DNA of 63,306 bases, filler included, from Licmophora abbreviata (Eukaryota): assembly GCA_900291995.1 (NCBI GenBank). It is 16 parts of 16 records of this genome, joined end to end, with 100 filler letters (N's around TTAATTAATTAA, not from the genome) between each part and the next. Parts side by side here need not be neighbours in the genome. Positions count along the whole stretch, not along the records: positions 10,820 to 13,907 come from OLMU01002123.1; positions 14,008 to 17,653 come from OLMU01002124.1; positions 17,754 to 20,350 come from OLMU01002125.1; positions 20,451 to 29,219 come from OLMU01002126.1; 12 more parts are not named here. The stretch is one strand, 5' to 3'. The notes under the pieces are model-generated. The model had not been told where the DNA came from. It saw only the letters and a list, made by a program, of their open reading frames with translations, and made no database searches. Positions 12,360 to 23,858 of the stretch are shown piece by piece (within the stretch, counting starts at the first letter, position 1; each line of letters starts with the position of its first letter). Made by a program: the position numbers and the translations under genes.

Positions 12360-13116
12360 GCTCCGCGGAAGAGTGTCGTCATGCTGATTTTACTACACTA
12401 GAGGATGATGATTCGCTTGTTCCTCACTAAAATGGAAGGGACACGCGGCTGTTTCTCAATATATGATACAATAAAACTGGCGAGGATCCGAGACGGATCG
12501 CGATGGTCGTTATGCTGAAACTTTGCAGTGATGGTGATGGAGGATTGTTGTTACTAGTCTCTTTTGTTTTGGATTTTGGATTTTTGTATGCCGGAGAATG
12601 TGCGAGCTTTCGGCGGGAAAAAGCTTCCCGCCAAAGTTGAGAGACCTCGAATAAACAACTTAGCGTGCTAAATGAGATATACAAGTCACAACCGTATTTT
12701 ATGTGGAGCTATACGAACGTTGGGAAATGAGTCGCCCGTCTTCGTCCAACAAAGACAAAAGATACGCATGTTCCTTCATTGTGCTGCTACTGTACTGTGT
12801 GTGCCATCTAGATGCGGCTGTGAGGCGAAACAGCGATCGAGTCGAGTCGCCGACCGTCTTTGTGTGTAATGGCGAGGATGATGATTCGATATTCGATGAT
12901 ACCTTTTCGGTACGTTCGGATGTGTGATGATGATGATGATGATGCTTGGTAGTGAAATGTGTAGGTTTCCACGTACGACACTCCGATCGGTAGAAAAGTT
13001 TCGCGCCAAAAGTTTCCCCCTCACACACAAAACGCGTGCGACGCCGCTCATCGTGGATAGACTCTTCATCACTCACTTTCGTGTACCGCAATCGCTCTTT
13101 TCACGTTGCTGCAACC

Positions 13117-15758
13117 ATGTCGAGAAAGGCTCTACATCAGCGTCGTCCGTATCATTGGGAACTACTACTAAAGTCGTGGCAAGAAGACAACAGCAGCAGC
13201 AATGATGGCAATGACACGGACTCATCAGAAGAGTCACGGCAGGAAGCATCCTTGTCGCCAGCACCACTCCACGATCTTCTTGCCACGGACTCGTCGAATG
13301 GCAATCACAAGCGCAATCACCCCGAGGACATGCTTTCGCCTCATCCCAAGAGGAAGCGACCCAAGTGTAAGCACACGCACCACCACTACGGCAGTCGACG
13401 CGACCCGCAGCACGGCTCGGACACCCACTTCCACGTCTCCTCCTCTCCTGCTTTTTTCGGACTGATTGAAGGCATTGTCTCCCACGAATCCTCGCTAGAC
13501 GACTCCTACGTGCACAATGTCTTTCTCAATGGTCGTGTCGACTGCATCCCCCACACGGGTCGTCTCCTCGAACTGCCGGGCGAAGTCAGGGTGGGACCAT
13601 GGAAGGCCCACATTCTCCATCCCACCAAGGGACTTTTGCGGGACAGGATGGCTGCACTGAAGAATCTTAGAATTCGACTGCGTCATGTCGACTCCAGACC
13701 ACAACAAACCACCGACGACACGACAGTCTCCATGGTCCATGTATCGACGGGTCGTCTGGGTAGTTTTGTGTCACAAGGTGTTGCTGCGGCACTACGGAAG
13801 GATCCAGTCCTACCGCAGGTGGGATCCATTTCGATTGTGGGCTTTGATGGATTCACCTCTTCCTCCGATGCCTTGACAAAGGCTGCCACTGTGGCGAGTG
13901 ACCACTTNNNNNNNNNNNNNNNNNNNNNNNNNNNNNNNNNNNNNNNNNNNNTTAATTAATTAANNNNNNNNNNNNNNNNNNNNNNNNNNNNNNNNNNNNN
14001 NNNNNNNGCGTGTCGCGCATATGCTGTGCAAGAGACAACACGCAAGGATAAGACCTACCAGCAGGTCGTGGAAGGGCTCTTGCCTGTTCCGCCAAAACAG
14101 GACGAGACAGGTCACGTGGGAGTGTCCTTTCTTTGTCAGTTGCAAATGAAGGATGACTATCACTTGTTGCTTGCGCGTGATGAGGAAGGTCGCATTGTCG
14201 CCATGGACGGTACGTGGACTCTGCGATACTTGTGTGCGCCAATACTACCATGTCCTGTACAACGTTTCCAGTACCAACTTCATTCGCTTCAAATCTCCTT
14301 GTTGTATCAGTTGTCTTTGACACGTCGCCAGTCGATCGTCGTTCGTGTCCCGACAGCTCACGAACACAAATGCCATTGGGGCCGCTGACGGAAGAACTCT
14401 TACGCGAGCACTCCCGAGACTTGAATCCAACGTTGTCCGACACTGGCGACTTGAGCCCGTCCAGTCAAGGTACACACTTCAGCATGCTAAAAGACATGGT
14501 CGCTCACGATCCTCCTGCTGGACCAATGGAAAATACAGTACCTGCTCCCGACACCACATTTGAGCAAGAACATCAGGACGCCAATAAGCTCGTTTCGCAC
14601 ATCCCCAAGGCTACGCCCACTCCTCGGACTCATCGATCGAAAGAGCATCCGATGGAACGGCTGCTGGCTGATGCTGACGGAAAAGTCAAAGACCCAGAAG
14701 AATGTATGAACGAGGGAGCCAAGCCTAATGGTACCCTGTCATTGGTCACACCAGGTGCCTTGACGGCTCAAAAGTCGGCGCTCATTGGTCTCCCACAGAT
14801 TGCGCCTGACATGTCACCCACCGGCGTCAAGAAGAAACTCCTTTCTCCACTCGAACGGACTTTGGCGTCACGTGATACCATTGTGGAATCAGCGTCGAGT
14901 GCATCCTCCGGCAGCTCCGAGGGTAGCTACCAGCTTTCGAAACTGTCGTCTCGGAAACGAACAACTCTCGTGATTCAAGACAGCGAATCAGAGACAGAGT
15001 CTGATTCGGAAAGTGACAGATTGAGCGAGGCGTCGACTTCGTCGTATGCATTCGATGCTGGTGGGAGACGTTCGTGGCTTGCGAAACGCAGATTGGCGAG
15101 TGCCGCGAAAGCATCCGCGCGCATGAGTATGGGTCCCGGTATTGTCGAAGGGAGGAACGGGGTAGACGTCAAAGATGACGAGGATCTAACTGAGGAGAAG
15201 TCCGATGTCGAGGAACAATCCCTGTCCGATGAGGAGAACGAAAGCGATGGAACTGACCCGACTAGCGACGAAGAATTCCATTCGGACTACGAGCTTAGCT
15301 CCACCGTAGAGTCGGACGACGAAGACCGTGTTGTTGGCGATGACGCTGATGGGGCGGAGCTTGTTGCATTTGACGACGACTACGACATCGGTGACCCTCT
15401 CGTGTACGTTTTGTTGGAAGACGACGTTCGCGATCTCGAATCTGCAGTAGCGTGCCGGTGGCCCTCCATCCACGATGTCTTCTATGGTGTTCACGATGAT
15501 CAAGAGCATTGTGAATACTCCGCCGAAGAGATGCTGAATATGCCGATCGACGATGACCTTCTGGAGCTTGACGACGAATCCATGGGAAACCTTGTCTCGA
15601 TGCCCAGACGTTTTTTGCACGCACTCCAGCTTTTCACTCTCTTTTCCATTGCTTTATGGGCGCTCTCGGTTCCACCACCGCCGTATCCGGTGGAACCTGC
15701 TCTCCCTGTGTTTGCAAAGATGACGCTAACGGTTGACGATATCCAAAAGGGTGGGTGA
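13117..15758 (+). CDS. Uncharacterised protein with long acidic/Ser-rich region and C-terminal transmembrane helix (spans gap 13908-14007; intron 14210-14310)
   Basis: Same-strand ORFs on both sides of the gap. A GTACGT...CAG intron links the 14008 frame to the 14214 frame. C-terminal LQLFTLFSIALWAL. Confidence 0.6.
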
Positions 15759-15934
15759 TGCACTATCTTCCATGGGACCAGTTGAGCGCATGCATTCAAT
15801 CGATAGTATTCGTGGCGATACCTCAGACGCGAACTAGTAAGACGGCACATTTCACGAGAGTTGACAGGATGCCTGCTTTTTTTAGAAAACTTGTACTAGC
15901 ATAATGTTTCTGTTGCTTGCCGTGTTTACCGCTG

Positions 15935-16095
15935 CTTGCAGGGCTTTGGCCCTTGAATATTGCATCTGATGTCAATCCCGAAAATCCCACCCACGCTGTC
16001 CCTCCATTTTTGTCTTAAGATTGCTGTTCCCGCCATGTTGATGGCAGCGTCCCTGTCCGATACACAAGTCCACTGTGCAATGGTCCGCGACCTGC
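15935..16095 (-). pseudogene. Degenerate tandem duplicate of the 3' end of the adjacent aspartyl protease gene
   Basis: Translates VSDRDAAINMAGTAILRQKWRDSVGGIFGIDI versus VSDRGAAIDIGEIAVLAQMWRDNVAGILGIDI in the gene. Shared DNA blocks such as ccctgtccgatac, tgtccctcca and tcaatcccga, with indels. Confidence 0.8.
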
Positions 16096-16128
16096 TGCTT
16101 GTGTTTCTTGCCGTCCGTACCGCTTCAG

Positions 16129-17475
16129 CTAGTTCATCAGGGTTATGCGCGGCACCGGTCCCTTGAAGCTCATACGCACCACTGCACATCGCATCATGAT
16201 ATCAATCCCGAGAATTCCAGCCACATTGTCCCTCCACATTTGTGCCAAAACTGCTATCTCACCGATATCGATCGCAGCGCCCCTGTCCGATACCGACAGT
16301 CCAGTGTGCGATGGTCTGCGGCCTAGATTTACGGTCTCTTCCACCGTCAGTCGATGCGTGAGTTTCATGGCGATGTTATCGGAGCCCATGGCGCCGGTAG
16401 GCACGGTAATGGGCTTCATCAACGGAGAGTCGCGTGACAGCCCCAAGTCGGAGGCACCCTTCCAATGTAGCAGTGTGTTGGACGCACCGCTGTCTACAAG
16501 CATCTTGATTGGCCCACGCCCATCAAGAAGCACATCGCATATCCAAATGCCAAGGCTAGTTTTTGACATTTCAGCTTCGGCAATCACCTCGAGATTCTCT
16601 GGAACTGGCGGCTTTCGTTCAACTTTGTACAAGGTCAGGGTGCCGGTGCGAAAGTCCATTTCGACGCATGCAAACTGACTGAGAAACGAAAGACCGATAA
16701 TCCCATCGAGACTCGACGGCAGAGCACCGATGTCTTGGACCGCTGCCGGCATGGGGCCGAAGGTCTCTCCCCCGAATTCGACGCGATCTAGTTGCGTGAG
16801 TCCAGTCGCACCAGTTGTAGTACCTCCTGCTCCCGTCATGGTGACTGGATTGTTATACGATCGCAAATCGTATTGCTTCACGACTGAGGGTCGCAAGACT
16901 AAACCCGAGCAAGCCGTATCTAGCAAAAGAGATAATGTGAAATCGGGCCCGGAAGAATTCTCGACTGCCAACTGAATGGTTGCAAATGGTTGCTCGCTTG
17001 GGTTGATGGTTAGTCCCGCATCGTTAAGAGCTGCTATCATTCTTCCTGCGTCCATGGACGTAAAGAACAAGGGCCCACGGATAGCATTGGAAGGGACGTC
17101 TCTATAGGATGACGTCGGCGACCACAGTGGACTCCTTGGGGCCTTGACGCCGTTGGATGTTGTGGATTTTGGCGGCGGTGAAGCTGCTTTTGGCTCCTCC
17201 CGTCTGGCTTTAAACAATCTCTGCACCAGCTCTTCCTTCTCAAAGGCATCCGCCGATGAGACCTGCATCGACGATAGTTCCGCTTTTATTTCCTTGACGC
17301 GCATGGACCGAATCTCCTCCAATTCATCGGTATCTACTACCTGCAATCTTGTCCTTGGGCGGGAATATGAGGGCAATCGGCTGATCGACTGAGATTGAGG
17401 GCCCAGTCGAAACGCGGAAGTCGCAACAATGATCAAAAGTGGCACTGTCAGCCTGCACAGTTTCGGGGGCGCCAT
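16129..17475 (-). CDS. Plastid-targeted two-domain retropepsin-like aspartyl protease (Asp_protease_2 type) with SAP/LEM-like helical domain
   Basis: Presequence ending ATSA-F. SMRVKEIKAELSS...AFEKEELVQRL helical motif. Two protease halves: LLDTAC...DGIIGLSFL and MLVDSGA...AGILGIDIM. Confidence 0.85.
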   Translation of the reverse strand: MAPPKLCRLTVPLLIIVATSAFRLGPQSQSISRLPSYSRPRTRLQVVDTDELEEIRSMRVKEIKAELSSMQVSSADAFEKEELVQRLFKARREEPKAASPPPKSTTSNGVKAPRSPLWSPTSSYRDVPSNAIRGPLFFTSMDAGRMIAALNDAGLTINPSEQPFATIQLAVENSSGPDFTLSLLLDTACSGLVLRPSVVKQYDLRSYNNPVTMTGAGGTTTGATGLTQLDRVEFGGETFGPMPAAVQDIGALPSSLDGIIGLSFLSQFACVEMDFRTGTLTLYKVERKPPVPENLEVIAEAEMSKTSLGIWICDVLLDGRGPIKMLVDSGASNTLLHWKGASDLGLSRDSPLMKPITVPTGAMGSDNIAMKLTHRLTVEETVNLGRRPSHTGLSVSDRGAAIDIGEIAVLAQMWRDNVAGILGIDIMMRCAVVRMSFKGPVPRITLMN

Positions 17476-17952
17476 GCTTTTGCGGTTTCAGCCTCAAGAA
17501 CGGCAGCGGTGTCGAGTGGCCATCGTCGAGAATGTTGAAGATAATTGGCCGGCGAAGAGCAGGCCAAGCACGGTCAATTTGTGGATTCAAAACGAGCCTT
17601 GCCACGTACGCGCCACACGTTTAGTCAACCACGACTGCAAATTTGAGTCGAGTNNNNNNNNNNNNNNNNNNNNNNNNNNNNNNNNNNNNNNNNNNNNTTA
17701 ATTAATTAANNNNNNNNNNNNNNNNNNNNNNNNNNNNNNNNNNNNNNNNNNNNAGTCGAGTCCTGCGTGACGTTGCACGACACTGCGCGAACACTTTGTG
17801 ATTGAATTTGGTTTCGCGCACGAAATTACCGATGGCTCACATAATACCGCGGCACGGCTATGTCATTCATTCCAGGATTGCGAACAGCTTACCCTCGCAT
17901 GAAAGGCTCAATCTATTTGATGTCGATGCGAATATCATGGAGTCTAGCTATT

Positions 17953-17984
17953 TATATATATAGAGAGAGAGAGAAAGAGAGAGA
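17953..17984. repeat. (TA)n(GA)n microsatellite
   Basis: tatatatatagagagagagagaaagagagaga. Confidence 0.85.
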
Positions 17985-18006
17985 TGTAGGTAGCTTGTTG
18001 CTTGGT

Positions 18007-21000
18007 CTAATTGGCTCTGTTCGAGTTCTGTTTGCGTCGAAGGGCTTCCTGACGTTTGGCATCGATCAAAGCCCGCTGTTCTTTCGAGAGGCCGGTGCTC
18101 TGGACTGAATTCACAAAAGGCACATTTTCTTCATCCGAATCATTCTCCGAGTCGGAAGCCACATACTTCATGACAACAGGGCCACTAGGGTCGCGTGGAG
18201 CCTCCAGATGCCGAGCTTCGTCCTCGCTCGACTCGTGTTCGTCAGCCACCTGGTTGTAGAGCGCTTCGATCTCGTCTGCTTCTCCACCATTCCGATGATG
18301 CTCTAGGACACTTCGAATGAAATGCATATTCCCCAATCCCTTTTGCGATGATGGTGCCGACGCTGGCGTGGGCTCATCCCACTCATGATGAGAGGCCGGC
18401 GTTTCAGATTGCTGGGTGTTACGACTTTGCTTCTTCATGCGTCTGTTGAACACAGGGGTAGCAAATTGATTCATGCGCTCTTTTTCGTTATCAAACGCCC
18501 GATACACAGTGACAGATTCGTCCACACGATCCAAATCATCTTGCGTAGCAGCTCCAAGCTGCGACGAATCGTTGATGAAGCTGTTGTAGAACTCCTCTTC
18601 CTCTTCAATGCGACGAAGACACTCTTCGTCCTCCATGTCGCCGTCCACGTCATCGTCTGAGTCGATCTCGGCTTCATCCGCCAGAAATTTACATCCCAAT
18701 ATGCCGCGGTGGCGCTGTTTGAGTCGATCCCGAATACGCTGCCGTTTCAACTCTCGCTCGTCGTCGTCCGTGTCGGCCCGCTCGTCGTCGCTCGCGTCGA
18801 CGGGCGATGTCGTCTCTAACTCAATAGTTGACTTCTTCTGAAGTCGTTTACGCTTTGGTTTCTCTGGAAGTTCCATGTCGCGATCGCCATTGTCTGCCAA
18901 CGTCTCGTCTCTCACATCTTTACGCGGTTCGTCGGTCTGAAATGAAACGTATCGCGGAAGAACGCGAGCGGCTTGTCGGTCATCGCCACCAATCCGAAGA
19001 ATGGAGCGGGCTTCGCTTTCGTGTCTGTGACAGAACAGTAAATCCTGGAGGCCCTTCTCCGATTCAAAGGCATGGATAGCTACCCAGGGTTCCTCAACCG
19101 AACTTAACGCACAATGAGGATGAGCGCATGCGGTACACGACTCTACCGAGCATCCGACTGCGCCAATGGAAGCGCAGTACTGACAGGACAATGAAGATCT
19201 GTCGGTCGCCCACGGCCGACAATAAGGATGAACCCAGCCAGAGGTGTCACAGCTAATGCAAAGTTTGCGGGCCCCTTCCTTCTTTCCACATACGAGGCAG
19301 CTCGTGTCGCTATCCGTGACGTCCTGTGTCGTCTCACATGAGTCGCAACGCCAGTGATCAAGTCCGTCCAAGCAAATCGATATCGGATAGCAACGCTTAT
19401 GAACAGCTACGTTACAGCTGAGATCGTTGTGTGGTCCATCACACAGAACTATGGGATCTATCTCTGAGGTCTCGCCTGAGTGGCATACCACGCAAACCAC
19501 TTCATCAATGACGGCAAGCGATGCAGGAGCGATTTTGTTCGGTGGCGTATCTACAAGACAGTCGCCTTCGCTTGCTTGTGCGGGAGTTGCCTCCACACGT
19601 TGACTCATAGATAGAGTGGCAGGAGTTGATTGCGTTTGAAGGACATTTTTGCGATGGTTGGATGCTGCCTTGCTCTTAAGAATCGGTGTGGCTTCTGGAG
19701 AAGAATTTGCTCTTGAGAAAGAAGCATGGGGTGCCTCGTCGCCGGTGCCCAATGGGTTCTTCGAAATGAGTTGGGAGCTCGGAGTACCTGCGAGATCAAT
19801 CAAATCGATCGGTCGAGTAGGATGGCTTTGGGTTTCGCATTTGTCGTTGGCACGACCGTCATCAACGGTCGGGATGCTCACTACCGATTCCTCATCCGAC
19901 GACGAGTCTTGGGTTGGAAGGCGTAGATCCTGAAGTGGAATGCCGTCGTCCTCGTCGTCTGTTTCTGGGTTTCCTCGGTCAAGGGATTGTTCTGTAGCGA
20001 TACGGTGCTTTGGCGAATGATTCTCCGCTCTACGGTTGTCTTCATTGTCGAGTCCTTCTCGCCTTGCATCTACAGACAAAGTCTCCACGGCTTCGTCTTC
20101 CGAGGAGCTGTCTTCGCACGAAGATTCTGCGGGTGTCGGGAGAATGAATTCCGCGTTGTCGTCCACCGACATATCCATCTCGGAACCCTCGCAAGCTGCG
20201 GTTTCATTTTCAAAGGCCACTTTCGGCGTCTCGGGTACTGCGAATCGTTCTGGACGATGAAGACTTTCACGAAAAGATTGGTCCGTTGCAATATGTGCGG
20301 TTGGTATATCGGCTCGTGATCGAGCAACATACGATCCATGCTGCAAGGGANNNNNNNNNNNNNNNNNNNNNNNNNNNNNNNNNNNNNNNNNNNNTTAATT
20401 AATTAANNNNNNNNNNNNNNNNNNNNNNNNNNNNNNNNNNNNNNNNNNNNAATTCATCCTCAACACTCGTGGACTCGCCCTCAATCTCGATAACTTCTTT
20501 GGAACAGGAAAGAGTCTCGCCGGATGATGCCGCAAGTGAGAGATTCGTAGAATTACCAATACGGTTGCTCGCAGGCAGTAGATCAAACGGGAACAGTCGA
20601 CCCACAACATTCAAGTCCCGAAGTGATCGCACAGTAGCACGTCTCCGAGTTCGTTTCGATTCTTTCGCATGTTGACGTTCGAGCACAGCAAGTATCTTTC
20701 GTGTCGCTCCAAAGCCGAACGTATCATTCTGTTCCTGATGGCTCGAAAGCGCTCGTGATCTCCCCCGAACGAAACGCCCCCGAAGAGCGGAAGGAAGGCG
20801 ACCGTCAGGACTCTTCAACTCGCTGCAAGTAGCGTACTTCAAATCTCCAAACATGGCTTGTCGCTTTTCTTCCTGGACACTAGTCAATCGCCAAGCATTA
20901 GCAGCCTCCAGCGCCTCTCGCCTTTTCTTTCCAGAGTCCAGCCTCTCCTCTCGACTACGCGTCGGTGGGCCGAGGCCTCCCACTTGCGACATGTGAAAGC

Positions 21001-23368
21001 TGGCCGATACTGACATGTCAACCTTTCGTAGCTCGGGGGCTTGCGGAAACATGGGATCATTCCTTGAAAAGACAAACGAGCTGGGTTTCTTGAGTGCCCG
21101 TCCAAGGGTCTTCTCAGCAGCCTTGGATGCCCTCATCGTCTTCTCCTCCTGTCCCTCGGATACCAAGCACACGACTCGCCCGTCTCGCTTACGACCAGTC
21201 CGTCCCACGCGTTGGATCATTCGGATCGGTGATCGCAATGTGTCGTAGTTCACGATGAGATCGACCTCGCCAATGTCGAGACCCTCCTCACCAATACACG
21301 TGCATACAAGAACGTTAAAGCGGCCTTCCTGAAAATCCTTAATGACTTGTTGTTGCTCCTTCTGTTTCATGCCCTTGAGCGAGACGCAGTTCTGGTCTAC
21401 CGTGCCATTCTGCGTCTTGGATCCTCCCGACGACTTGCCCTGGCCGACAAAGTGTCTCGGTCTCAACAGCGGCTCTCCCGTCGACAAGACAGAAACGATC
21501 TCACTGACACTCTCTCTCCACTGCGAAAATACAATAGCACGCGACGACTCCCCACATGCTCGAGCTCTCTCAAAGTGCTCCTTCAGAATCTCGTCCAGCT
21601 TGAACAGTTTCGGATTGTTCAACATGCGATCCTCGGCCGTTTCATTGACGTGACCGTCGGACGACGCCATCAGAACGGCACTCATGACTTCACGCAGCTC
21701 CTTGCTTCGCATGACCGATGACAACAATCCACGAGACGAATTCTGAATCGCCAGCATCTTGCTCCGAACCATCCCTATTCCTGTTCTCCGCAAATGACAA
21801 CGAATCTCAACAAACTTGAGCGCCGTGAAGAAATAACAATCCAGTCTTCGATCACCACCGGTCCTCTCCAAATAAGCGTCCTTGGCCTTGAGCAAACAAA
21901 AGGGTGTCAATGTCGCGTTCCCACGCACATGCGTCAACGCGTTCTCCTTTCTCAGTCGATCTAATACGGGAGAAATGACGTTACTCAAGAGCCGTTCAAT
22001 CGTCGTAATAGCCGAACCCTGCTTGACCACAACGAGTTCGTCGTGACGTTCATGAATATACTTTTTGACTGTCGGATCATCGTCGAGTCGTACTTCAATC
22101 TTACAAATACGCAATGCAGTAATGACTTTCTGAATCGCCTTAATTTCGCTTCCCGGCGTCGCACTCAAACCCAACACACGAAATTTCGCCTGCGCGTGTT
22201 GCAACTGCTGCATAACTTGCACATATGCATAGGCACCGCACGCTTTATGAGCTTCGTCCAGTACGACGCATACAATCTGCGTTGCGGGACAGCGGTCGTG
22301 TTCAATGTCACGCTGGACCGTCTGTGGCGTACAGAAAAAGACACGTCGCTCCTGCCAGAGCAGTGTCCGTTCCTTGGCGGAAACGCGGCCGGTAAGAATG
22401 GCCGTGTCTTGGGCCGGGATTCCCATGATATCATAGCAGGCCTTCACTTGCTGATGGACCAGGGGTAGAGTCGGAGCGAGGAAGACAACCTTTCCAGTAG
22501 GGAACCATCGATAATAATTGTAGAGTACCACGGCGGCAATGAGCGTCTTGCCCAAGCCTGTCGGCAAGGATACAAGCGTATCGTAGAGGACCGCCGTCTT
22601 GCTAATTTCCAACTGATAGTCGCGAATGGGGTAACTCTTATGAATGGGATAAATCCAGTCGTGGCGGGTGGCAGGACACAGTGGGACCGGACCAGGGGCA
22701 AAGGCAATGGGTTGGGGTCGTATCGAACGCGTCCAAATGTCTTGTTTCTGTGGTGGCGGTGGCGAGTGGCGTTGTTGTTGCTTTTGCTGGGGCGGATGTT
22801 GTGTTGGATGATGAGACAGCGTAGTTGATGAAGGTTTCTCTATCGTTGCACCAGTGTTGGTAGTACTCGTGCTGGAGCGATGATTCGTCGTCGTTGGTTT
22901 GGCACGAGACTGGTGAGACACCACCGTCCCAGCAGCAACAACGACACCAGTACGAACATTCGAACTGTCAGCGACTGGTGGTGGCACCTTCTTCTGACTC
23001 TGATTGTTCTTTGCATAAGGATTCCGACAGACGGGAGGGACTGACTGGGGGCAATACATCGTCGCTGCTGCTGCTGCTGCTGCTGCTGTACTTTCGCGGC
23101 TGCTTGTCGTCGAAGTAAAACTTGCCCCAGCCGCCAGCATCCCAGAGGAAGTACCGGCACGATCCTCATGCTGGTGACTCATATCGCTCGATAACTTCGC
23201 TGTCACTGCGACATCGTCCCCTCGCTTTCGAATCGTCTTTCCCAATACAAAATCACGCATTTCCTCCTTGGATACACGCAGATTGTCGCACATGACACAG
23301 CGCGTACCCGGTGCAGCGTGGTAGAAGGTGCACTTGGCGCACTCCCATCCGACGCCTCCTCCTGCCAT
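18007..23368 (-). CDS. FANCM: FANCM/Mph1 DEAH helicase with N-terminal RanBP2 zinc finger and C-terminal PHD fingers (spans gap 20351-20450)
   Basis: WIYP...IRDYQ, LPTGLGKT, VLDEAHKA, LSATPG, IGEEGLDIGEVDLIV, QRVGRTGRKRDG. Direct joining of the gap flanks reads GAA TTT CCC TTG CAG in frame into the 779-aa ORF. Confidence 0.9.
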
Positions 23369-23858
23369 TGGGACTTCTCTTCTCTAGAATCCCTGTCTCG
23401 TACTCTCTACTATAGACTGTCCACAATCGACGTGAGTGAGACTGATGCAATCCCTTCATTCGTCCACAGCGAACAGATCGCCGCCGGTCGTAGGATCGTC
23501 GTCGTCGTCATTGTCCATCAGGTTTCGCCGGCGAATCGGTATCTCACTAAATCTGCGAGCTCTTCTTTGCAGATCGATAGGAGACCTCCCATTCCTTTCC
23601 TATTCAAAATAGTTCAACATACAAACCGCCGGAGTGACACACTCTACTTATGCAAAACGTCCTCTTCGGATTGGCTTGCTCGGATCATGAAGTTTTTGGA
23701 AATTTGCGACGTGACACCCCCACCACACACAAAACGCACACTTTCAACTTGCATCACACTTTCTTCATCATCGCGACACCACCGCTCCTCCTCTCCTTGA
23801 CACTTGCGTGATTCGTTTGATCCATTCATTCATTCATTCATTCTCTCTTGGATGGAGC

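Noticed and set aside
12400..13100. Poly-His/poly-Met ORFs
   Set aside because: Produced by a (GAT)n microsatellite in the intergenic region between divergent genes.
16129..17475. Aspartyl protease as part of an LTR retrotransposon
   Set aside because: No gag, RT, integrase or LTRs nearby, and it has a plastid presequence.
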